Below are positions 12,801 through 24,800 of a DNA stretch of 64,000 nt, piece by piece (positions within the stretch are counted from its first letter, which is position 1; each line of letters starts with the position of its first letter). The notes under the pieces are model-generated. The model was given only the letters and a program-made list of their open reading frames with translations. It was not told where the DNA came from and ran no database searches. The position numbers were made by a program, and so were the translations under genes. The stretch lies in the NCBI RefSeq assembly GCF_028641065.1, contig NC_073392.1:23684001-23748000 (forward strand), given 5' to 3'. The DNA comes from Leucoraja erinacea. Its lineage: Eukaryota.

Positions 12801-15800
12801 CATGTACCTGTCCAAGTGTCTTTTAAATGCTCTTATAGTACCTATCACAACTACCTCCTCAGGCAGCTCATTCCATATACGTCACACCATCCGAGTGAAA
12901 AAGTTGCCCATCAGCCTCATTAAATCTTTCCCCTTTCACCTACTGTATGTCTCCTGGTTCTTGATTTCCCTACCCTGAGTAAAACAATCTCTGCATTCAC
13001 CCTGTCTAATTCCCTCATCATTTTATAAACCTCAATAAGATCACCCCTCAAGCTCCTGAGCTTCAAGGAATAAAGTCCTAGCCAACCTTTCCCTATAGCT
13101 CATGCTCCGGAGTCCTGACAATATCTCGCAAATCTTCACTGCACTCTTTCAACCTCTCGTAGGGCGACCTAAACTGAACACAATACCCCAAATGCAGACT
13201 CACCAATGTCTTGTGAACTGTAACATACATCCCAACTTCTATTGTTACTACCCTAACTGATGAAGGCCTTTGTACTTGTGATACCAATAGCTTATTCGGA
13301 TTCTCTCTCTCTAATGGCCCTCTCCCCCTTTACCCATTGACTGGATGACCTCTGCAAAATTATCCTCACCACAACCCTAGCCACACCCTGACACGATATT
13401 ACCTTTGTTCTCCCCACATTCATTGCAATTTGAAGCCAACTTGTTTTCTCTCTTTCTCATTTCCGAAGAAGGATATCTGATGTGATAAGTTCTATTTCTC
13501 GTTCCAAATATGTTACCTGACCGGCTAAGTTTTTGACTTTCATATTAAATATGGAGATATCCATCATCATGCAGAGTGAAAAAGGGTCTCGACCCGAAAT
13601 GCCGCTTATCCGTGTTCTCCAGAGATGCTAGACACAACATGGTAGAGTAACTCAGCAGGACAGGCAGCATCTCTGGAGAGAAAGATTGGGTGACGTTTCG
13701 GGTCGAGACCCTTCTTCAGACTGATGTCAGGAGAGAGGGAGATACATAGATAAGGAAGTGTAAGGTGTGGAAACAGGACAGAGGGAATGGAGATCAAGGA
13801 CAAAGAATAAATCATTCTATGATCATCCAGAGATGCTGCCTGTCCCGCTGAGTTACTCCAGCATTTTATGTCTATGTACAGTTTAAACCAGCATCTGCAG
13901 TTCCTTCCTACACATTTCTCCATAGATGCTGCCTGACCTGCTGACTTACTTCAGCACTTTGTGTCTTCTTAAAAAAACCCATCTGCAGTTCCTGGTTTCT
14001 ACTGTTTATGAAAAAATTCCATCTTACCTGATGTAGCTGGTGTATGGGCTGATACTTTCTATCAATGGGTTCTCTCGATACTTGTAGGTCATGGTATTGT
14101 TGGTGCATTCTCCATTCTCAAACTGGACACAGATGGAAATGCTTCCCTCAGCTACATGCATGGCCGGCATTACACAGACAATGGCACTCTGGTTCCGTCT
14201 ATGAAAAGGAAAGCTTGCATTTATATAACATGGCCGGCAGTGCAGCGAGCCCAAGAGTAGACACGGCAATCATTTCAGCAAATACTTTTATGCCAAGGCC
14301 TGTTGGATCTCCTCGTTGCTATCTATTTGAACCCATCTTCCCATTCTCATACTGACCTTTCTGCCTTGAGCCACCTCCATTGCCAGAGGGAGACCACATA
14401 CAAACCAGAGGAACAACACCGCATATTCCACTTGGGTTCCTTAATGGTGTGAATATTAAATTCTCCAATTTTCAGTAACTACATAACCTTCCACCTTTCC
14501 CATCTTCCTCCATAACCTCCCCACCTGGACTTGCATCTATTTCTCTCCACCCCCTACCCTTCCACCTGTATTCATTCCTCTAGCTTCACAATTCACAACT
14601 CTACAATCTTTTTGTCTCACACCTTCTGCCTCTTCATCGCTGGCCTTTGTCTAATCATCTGCCAATCAAATAACCTCCTCACCTGTGAAGGGCTTTTACC
14701 TGCCAGGCTTTGTTCTGCCCATCCTCTCTTCCAGCTTTGTTCTCCCCCTCCCGACCCAAAACTTCGCCCGTCCACATTCTCCTGAGATACTACCTGAACC
14801 ACTGAGCTAATTCAGCACTCTATGTCTTCTTTTGCAATTATATAACATCTCTCATGGAATCATTACACCACAAAGCACTTTACAGCCAATGATGTACCTC
14901 TGAAGTGTAGTTCCTATAGAAAGCATGGCAACCAACATGTGGCCAAAATCCTCAAATTATTCACTGAGGAAATGTTTTAATTAATTCATTTATTTAATCT
15001 TCATGATTTGGGCATTGCTGGGAAAACCAATGTGACCTGAGTGATCATTCCAGAGGATGCTGGTAGGTCTGAAGTCATGTGCAGGTGAGACAGATTAAGA
15101 AAAACAGATATCTTCCCTAGATGGGCATCAGTGAACCAAATCACCTTTTTACATAGTTTTGTAGTTTTGTGGTTCATTTTTACTCATTTAAAGAATGTTT
15201 TTGAATTCCACAGCAATTATGGTGGGATATAAACCAGTCTCTATTGTTAGATTCAGATTCAGATTAGTTTATTGTCATTTATATCAGGTTAAAATGAAAT
15301 TCTTTATTCACATGAACCTCATATAGTACATGGGATACATAATAAATGCAATGATGAATGCAAAACAGCAGAATGGTGTAGTGGAATCCGAAGTAGTCTG
15401 GAACTTAGGGCTTTCAAACTCTTGTATCTTCTCCCAGAAGGTAGAAAAGAGAAGTGGGAACAGAGAGGGTGATGGGCATCTTTGATATTACTTCTAGCCT
15501 TCCCGATACAACACACCAAGAAGATGAACTGAAGGGAGGTGACAAGCCTATGGTGAACAGGGCAGTTCAGGAACTGGGCAGTTCAGGAACATCTGCAGGT
15601 TCGGTTGGTGAGGTGGGGAGGAGGAGAGAAGACCCTAGTTGGTGGAGGGATGGGGAGAAGATCTTTGTGAGGATGGTCCAGGTAGCCTCTAAGATGTGGC
15701 CTTTCTGGTGGGTGGTGAGGGCCAATGTAGCTGAGGGAGTAAGTGTTTTGCTGAGGTTGCAGTTAAGGAGAACTGGAGAGGATGCACTGACTAAATTTAA

Positions 15801-18800
15801 TTTAGGTCTGCTGAGTACATTTGGTGAAAGACTCAATCTGAAATGTTTTTAAAGCAGAGTTAAAATAGTCATAGCATCATAAAACATTCCCTTCGGTCCA
15901 ACCTGTCCTTGGCGACCAAGATCCCCCATCTAAGGCTTCATTTGGCAGCGTTTGGCCCATATCCCTCTAAACCTTCCCAATCTATGTACCTGTCCAAATA
16001 TCTGTTAAATATCTGTTATTCTACCTTCCTCTGGCAGTTTGTTCCAAAGGTTGCCCCTCTGGTGTCTATTAACTCATTCCCCTCTCACCTTAAACCTATG
16101 TCCTCTAGTTCTTTATTCCCCAACAGTGGGAAGAATGCTTTGAGCATTCACCTGATCTACTCCCCTCGTGATTTTATACACGTCTAGAAGATCACCCCTC
16201 GGTCCTTGATGCTGCAAGGAATAAAACCCTGCCCAACCTCTCCCCGTGGCTCAGGCCTTTTGATCCTGACAATATCCTCCTAAATCTTCTCTTCACTCTT
16301 CCCAGCTAAATGGCACCTTTCCTATGGCAGGGTGACCAAAACTGAACACAATACCACAAGTGCGGCCTCACCCACATCTCGTACAAAACAAGATACTCAA
16401 AAGGGTCCAATCTGAGAAAGTGTTACATCATTAGATCTCTCAAAAGCATAACCTGAATATCTTCAAGTTCTGCCTTTACACCCTTATTAAGTTGCATTCA
16501 GTGATGTTCTGTTTCACATATACTTTGTGCTGCCGTCAAAATGAGTTGATCCATCAATAATTATTCAGGCTGCTGTTCAAGTGACTTACCTTACATTGAT
16601 ACAGTCCTTGGCATCATTGACAATGATCCTGACTGAAGAACCAATGTGTAGATTTTTGCCGCTGATGGTGACTCTGGTGCCTCCAGCTTTGGGTCCTTGA
16701 TCTGGCACTACCAAGATAGTCTCAGGAACCTATCCAGGAAAAACACAAGTTCAACCGATAAATATCTGGAATAAAAAAATCTAAACCATGCCCACAGATA
16801 GAAAACAAACATGCAAGCATCCAACAGCAATGACAGCCAGTGTGAAAAGGTTGAGGGGTAACTGGGTAAAAATCTCCAGGACGATTCAGTGTTGCTTCAT
16901 TGGGGACGTGTTGCACAATCCCATGACACTCGACACTGGTTATGGACATTCACTGCAAATGTGCACTGGCTTATGTACATAACATGCACACACCCTCAAT
17001 ATGTATTAAAACTATGCATTCCAGGAATTAGTAGGTTAACCTATGATGAGCGTTTGTCGGCACTGGGCCTGTACTCGCTGGAGTTTAGAAGAATGAGGGG
17101 CGACTTCATTAAAACATACAGAATAGTGAAAGGCTTGGATAGATTGGATGTGGAGAGGATGTTTCAACTAGTGGGTGAGTCCAGGACCAGAGGTCATAGC
17201 CACAGGATTAAAGGACATTCTTTTAGGAAGGAGATGAGGAGAAATTTATATAGTCAGAGGGTGGTGAATCTGTAGAATTCTTTGCCACAGAAGGCTGTGA
17301 AGGCCAAGTTAGTGGATATTTTTAAGGCAGAGATAGATAGATTCTTGATTAGTACAAGTGTCAGAGGTTATGGGGAGAGGGAGGGAGAATGGGGTTAGGA
17401 GGAGAGATAGATCAGCCATGATTGAATGGCGGAGTAGACTTGATGGGCCGAATGGCCTTATGACCTTTTGCACCAATGCACATTGCAGCTTCTAGTTATC
17501 AACACGCATGCATGCATACAATACATGAACATACACTACTGTAGACTCACCCCACTCTACATTAATCTCAGATCACTCAAACAAACCAACACTTACCCCA
17601 TTGTTATATGTTATTTATACATATCATCACTTCACACATGTATCCATAATATATTTCAGATTCATATACTGATAATGTACAGTAAATGTCCCTACAAATG
17701 AGAACGATAGAGGATTTGGAGATCAGTGTGGAGAATATGCTGGGGAGTTTGAGATCAGGAAGCACATGGTTAATGGTTGGCATGGACACAGTGGGCTGAA
17801 GGGCCAGTATCTGTGCACTATTGTGAAGGGCCAGTATATGTGCTCTATTACATCATCCCACCAAGTCTATCCAAAATAAACCCCGATTAATTAATTTAGT
17901 TTAGTTTAGCGATACTGAGCGGAAACAGGCCGTTCGGCCCACTGAGTCCGTGCCGACCAGCAATCACCATCTACACTACCGTGGTCCAACACACTACGGA
18001 CAATTTACAATTTTTACCGAAGCCAATTAACATGTACGTCTTTGGAGTGTTGGAGGAAACCGGAGCACCTGGAGAAAATCCAGGCAGCCAAAGGGAGAGC
18101 GTACAAAGTCCGTACAGACAGCACCCGCAGTCAGGATTGAACCCGAATCTCTGGTGCTGTAAAGCAGCAACTCTACTGCTGTGCAACTATGCCGCCATAA
18201 TTACTTAGGCTGATCTGATTACTTATCTGAATTTAAATCCCACAGCTGATGTGATTTGAACTGAGGAGCGTAACAGACAATTGTACCATTTTAACAAGTT
18301 ATCCCATTATAGGACGATCCAGAACATTGGGACAAAGGTATCTGAAGCAATCTGGCAAATTGCATCTAAAATTGGTCGGGTGATAGGAGGCTGAGTATAG
18401 TTGTGGAAAGGTGTTTTTCCAGACTTTGATATATGTAACAAGTGATGTGCTGCAAGGATTGGTGCTGAGACCGTTGGTATTTGTATTATATATAAATTAC
18501 TTTGCTGAGAATGTAGTGGTCTGATCTGTCAGCTTGCAGATAACACAACAGTTGGGGGTGTTGTAGATGGCAAAGAAAGCTGTCTCAAGACAAAGCAGGA
18601 CATAGATCAGTTGAGAAGTTGGGCGGTGTGGTGGCAGATGCAATTCAATCCAAGATAACTATCAAGTATTGCACTTTGGGAAGTCAAAATCTGGTAGGAC
18701 ATACTCTAAAAGGCACGGACTTCTGGAGCATTGCTGTACAGAAAGACATTGGGGTTCAAGTCCACAGCTTCTTGAAAATGGCGAGCAGGTGGACAGGACA

Positions 18801-21800
18801 GTGAAAATGTATTAGGTGTACTTACCTTGCAGACAAGACATGGGCCAAGGAATATCATGTTGCGGCTGAACAAAACATCAGTTGAACAGCACTAAGAGTA
18901 TTAACATAGAGCATAATGTATAGAACAGTTGAGCAGAGGCCCCTTGGCTCTCAAAGTCTGTACTGATCATGATGTCAATTTACCTAGTTCCACCTGCCTG
19001 CACGTGGTCTATATCACTCCATTCCCCACCCATAGGGCCTGATCCATGCTCTGTGACTCAATGATTCGATTTCCTTGTCTGTTTCCTTGCCACGTTTGGA
19101 TGATCTTAGTGAAATTGTGACTTACCAAGAAAGAGAATCTTTGCTTGGAGCTTTCTTCCTCCTGGACCCTAACGCTTACTGCGTTGGTGAACTCTCCGTT
19201 GGCCGTTTCAGTTATGCACACAATCCTGAAAGACAAACAAACATTCAGTATCACCTCACTCAGCTTCTCTTTATTTCCATCTGCTCCTCTTCTCAACTGC
19301 ATATTCCTTCCCCCACCCCAGCCAATCTTGTGCATACGCAGACTCAGTTCAAACTGATAAAGATTGCACACATAAAGAACCAGATTGTGCCACCTAAGCA
19401 CAAATTACCGTAACACACATAAACCACGTTCACACATACAAAATCACGGCTCTCACTGGCTCGGCACTCACCGACAAGTGTGCACGGAGCCTGTGATTGC
19501 TCAATGCATTAAGGGTTAGTGGTTACTATTATCACATGTTTTCATGCCCAGAATGGAGAAAAGGAAATGGTGAAACTACATACTGTGATGAGACAACATA
19601 ATCTTCCTGTACAGGGATACATGAAACGACACCAATGCGAACACCATCAGCGATGTCACTGAACCTGCGGCCCAGGTTCCGGCCTCTAATAGTGAGGTGC
19701 GTGCCACCATGCACAGGACCAGTCAGTGGTTCTATCTGAAAGAAATAGTAGAGCTTTCCATCGGCCTGGTGTCATCGTCCTCAGCGCAATACTCTACAAA
19801 TACTATATGCACAAGTGGTCAAAATCCTGCAGTCACCCACATTCTGTCACCACACAATATAATCAAAAACATGAGTTACTGCGGAACCCTCACAGGCTCA
19901 CCAACCCCATAACACATCCACTCACTCACTCACTAACCCAACACACCCAGCCACACACTGACCTCACAACACCCTCACCCTGACCCCCACAACATCCTCA
20001 CCCTGACCCAACACTCACCCACACACTGACCCCACAGCACCCACTCACTCACCCACACACTCACCAATCCCACAACACCCTCACACAATCACCAAACCCA
20101 CACCTTCACTAGAATTTCGAAGAATGAGGGGGGATCTTATCGAAACTTACACATTTCTTAAGGGGTTGGACAGGCTAGATGAAGGAAGATTGTTCCCGAT
20201 GTTGGGAAAGCCCAGGACAAGGGTTCACAGTTTAAGGATAAAGGGGAAATCCTTTAGGACGAAGATGAGAAAAACATTTTTCACACATAGAGTGGTGAAT
20301 CTCTGGAACTCTCTGCCACAGAAGGTAATTGAGGCCAGTTCATTGGCTATATTTAAGAGGGAGTTAGATGTGGCCCTTGTGGCTAAATGGATCAGGGGGT
20401 ATGGAGAGAAGGCAGGTACAGGATACCGAGTTGGATGATCAGCCATGATCATATTGAATGGCGGTGCAGGCTCGAAGGGTCGAATGGCCTCCTCCTGCAC
20501 CTATTTTCTATGTTTCACCCACTCACCAACCCCACAACACATCCACTCACTCACTCACTAACCCAACACACCCAGCCACACACTGATCCCCTCACACCCA
20601 GCCATACACTGATTCCACAACACTCTCACCAACTCACCGACCCCACACCCTCACACACTCACCAACCCCACAACACCCTCACACATCTGAGGTTGAGAGG
20701 ACTGTACACCTGGAACATGAATAGAATAGGCTGTGATATGGGGAATTGCCTCCCTGGGGTGGGGAGCACAGGCAGAGAGGATAAGATGGTTGGTGCAAGG
20801 CGAGGCTGAGGGAGTGTGAAAGGCATGGGGTAGAGAAGGCATACTCACCCTGTGAATCTCAGGAGCAGGACAAACGTCAGCGATCTGCCTGCACTCACTT
20901 TGTAACTTACAGCTCTGGGTGGTCCCACACCAGATGCACTGATGGCCACGGTTCTGTCGCCCCCAGCACTCTGAGCAGTCTGAGCTCCCACTCGCACAGT
21001 TGTACACCACCACTGCAGAGACAGAATGTCCAAGTCATGTCTCATTCCCTACTTTCATGCCCAGGCTTAATGAGCTTTGCAAGCAGTTGAATAAGCAATG
21101 TGTGGTGATTTCCAGCCGGCCATTAACAAACCATATTCATCGTATTTTTAGCATCTAATGTCATTTCAAGAAATCCAGGTCCTTTTCCAGATTTCATATC
21201 TTAATTGAGTCAGGTCTCTTAATTCTCAATGCACATGTAGATATGAAATAAATGCTGCCTCTACACTGCCAAGTCAACACTGCCAGAAGAGGGAAAGCAC
21301 AGGTTACATACAGTTCATGGCACCCTGTGCACCATCCCAAACATGCCTATTGCTAGCATAGGGACAACACAGATATGATAGAGGGTAAAATTCCATCTCC
21401 ACTGTCTGAAACATTCCCATTCCTGAGGCAGGGACAGTGTGGATCAGTCAGGGTAAAACTCCTTCTTCACTCCCTCAAACATTCCCATTGCTGGGTTAGG
21501 AACAGCACAGGTCAGACACAGAGTAAAAGTCTGTCTGCATTGTCCTGTAACACATCCCATGGCAGAGACAGCACATATCAGACATAGTATACAACTCCCC
21601 CAGACATTGCCAGGTTGGTAAGAAGCACAGGTCGGCTAACTGGACTTTGGATGTGCCTGAATCCAACCGAAACAACCATTCTCATAGTAACCATCTAAGG
21701 CCATTCAGAGATGGGTTCGCGTGTCTCTTCATTAGGAGCTTCATCCAACACGGAATTCACGTATTATGGAATTCACTCCTGTGGAGAGCACCTCCCTCTT

Positions 21801-24800
21801 GGGGACCACTCCGCTCCTGTGGGAATCACCTAGAGAGATCTCTTCACTCCTGCAAGGATCATTTGAAGGAATCTCTCCACTCCTGCAGGATCACCCAAGG
21901 GGATCTCCACTCCTTCAAGGATCTCCAACAGTAAACTCTCTGCTACTATAGGGCTCGCCAATGGAGATTTCACCACTCCTGCAAAAGATCTGCAGCATGT
22001 AATTCCATTCTAAATAATACAGGGAGAATCAGTCTGACAAGATCTAGCAAGACAAGGCCGGGCAACCTGTTATACATGCCAAGGTGCATTAACGCATAGT
22101 TTACCAAACCTGAGATGGTGCTGGGATTGTCAATCAGCTTCTCTGGGTCTTCCTTCAGCTTCAGACTGATGGGAAAGTGCTGGCTTGAGTTGGCTGTAAA
22201 CAACTGTGAACAAAGTAAATGATGAGCTGCATGGGACTCCAGGAGGCAGCAGGGATCAGAGAGGGGTAAAGGTGTGCAGGTGAAAGCCAGATAGGTGCAA
22301 TTGTGCCAAACCTTTCCCATTAATGCACGACCACCTTTGGACCATCACCGATGCACAATTCCCCATGCACTATATGTTCCCACGCACTGGAAGCCTCCAA
22401 CCACCAGCTCCCATTGCAAGCTCCAAGTGAAAGCTCTTGTGCACAACCACCCCTGCATCACAAGTTCCCATACAAAAGCTGCCATGCATGGCAAGCTCCT
22501 GCACACCACAAGCTCCCACATGCAAATTCCCATGCACGCTGCAAGCTCCAACATATATAAGCCAATAGGGACTAGATAAATTACTTTTGGAAATGCTAGT
22601 TAAGGTTACCGTGCCCAATAGCTATTGGGCACGGTGCCAGGGGTAAGTCATCTACCCCTTTTCAAATAGTACCATGGGCCTCTTGCGCTCATCCAAGGGA
22701 TGACGGTTTCAGTCAGTGTACTTTTCCCAAGGCTCATTCCACACGCGGAAGACCCACAAAATTCAGACTTAGCGTGGTGCTCAGATCCCTGGGATATTCT
22801 TAAAGGGAAGATCCCATCAACAGAGTCACATCTGACAGAGGTGTTTGAGAGGCCGATGAGGCTGGTAGCTGATGTTGTAATGTTAGATCAAGGAGGCTGC
22901 TGAGTCCAGTGTGCTGCTGTGGGTTGGATCTCCTTTGCCATGCAACTATTTAATTCCAATTGTTTGTGGTCAAGGCCCTGTGGAAGAATAGTAGAGGTAT
23001 AGCACTGTACTCACCCTGACATCCTCACACAACACCTGGGAACTGTTGAGCCACCGCGCCTCGTATACCTGGTGTCCAACCTCACACTGCAGTTTTCTGC
23101 CCTAGAACAGAGAAGAATACTCTAAGAATGACATCTACTCTCACCCAGGTCAGCCCCACATCCTGCCCTTGCCTCATTCTGTTCCCTCCCGTTAATGCCA
23201 CTGTCTTAACTCTTAGTCCCTCGTCTCTTTACCTGCACCATCAGCACTCTAAGGCCCTCAGGTCCAACCCTCCTGTTCTGACCAGCTGCTTCACTCACCT
23301 GTCCCCATCCCCACCTATCTTCTCTGAACCCTATCTACACCAGCCTTGGTATGGACCTTCAGATCAATCCTAATCCCCTCCTCACCAGCCTGCGCCCTCA
23401 GCTCGGACTCTTTGAGATGCGACCCCTTCCACCACCCCCACCATGAGTGCTGGTGTAGTGATGTGGAGGGGAATGTGCATGTGATGGTGTCCCCCTGCTC
23501 CGGCTCAGGGTCCTGTGGTTGGGGCAGGTGAGGTTATAACAAACAGCGTGAACTCATTGTGACATCTGTGACTGGCTACGCTCCAAGATCACCTGACAAG
23601 TTGTCCAATATTCAGTTGACCATTGTCAAATGTTCTTCAGGCTTCATGCCCAGTAACTGCCTTTATTCTGGCCATTTTATGCTGGTTATCTAATCAGGGA
23701 AAAGTCTGCAGTGGTTACCTGGAGCGGTGCACTGTTCTTTATGGAGACTGGGAAGCTTCGGGTGGTCCCAGTGGAAACTGGCAGGACTTGAACCGGCATC
23801 ATTTGGGGGCACTGTGCGAAAGTCTGCAACAGAAAGAAGCAGAGAATTAAAGCAAGCACCCAGAAACCCATCCAAGAGCACCTCCTCAGTAATGGACTGA
23901 CGATTCCCATATCCAGCAGAGACATTCCCAGCCCTCAGCCCGAGAGCGGGAGGCTGGACAGGTAGTCGTGCAAACCTCCTGCTTCATTATTCATTGACGC
24001 AGATAAATAAGACTGAAGACACTGTCACCAAGAAGTGGAAGCTGACAAAGCTGACATTCAGTCCCAAATCTGCTCCCCATTCATTTATCTTCTGCAATTT
24101 ACCTGATTAATTTATTTTTTTGGAGAGTAAAAATGTAATGTTTGACCTTAAATATGCACAAATAATGAGTATTTACAGCTCACTGGCAGAAAGTTTTCTA
24201 CCTGAGAGAAAGCGCAAGGTGTTACTCCAGCACTTTGTGTTCTTTTGTGTATTAACCAGCATCTGCAGATCTTTGTTTCGACTGCATAATATGCTTGGCC
24301 TTCATTGTTCAGGGCATTGAGTGTAAGAGTCACAAAGTCATGCTACTGCATTATAAGACTTTGGTTAGCCTGCCTATGTAGTATTGTCTGAGGTTTTGAT
24401 CGTCCCATTACAGGAAGGATGTGGAGGCTGTGGAGAGTGTGCAGATGGGATGCCACCTAGATTTCTGGGTAGTAACTATAATAAGAGGCTGGCAAAATCA
24501 GATTGTTTTCTCTGGAGTGTCAAGAGATTGTGGGGAAACCTGACAGATGTACAGATATATGAAATTTTGAGAGGCATAGATAGGGAAGACCTTCTTCCTA
24601 AGATGGAAATGTCAAAGACTGGAGGGCAAAGTTTTAAGATTAGGGGGCAAAAAATGAAAGGAAATATGCGGAGCAAGCATTTTTTACACAGAGAGTGGTG
24701 GGTGCCTGGAATGCACTGCCAGGGTGGGTGTGATTTGATTGTGGCATTAAAGAGACTTTTTGATAGGCACATGGGTATGCAGGGGATGGAGGGGTATGGA

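Noticed and set aside
17897-18197. tRNA gene
   Set aside because: The tRNA-like head is part of a multi-copy SINE, and no complete cloverleaf is evident.
22101-22110. Alternative donor GTAAAC 5 nt into intron 11
   Set aside because: Would shift the frame; the GTTTGG donor keeps phase with exon 12.
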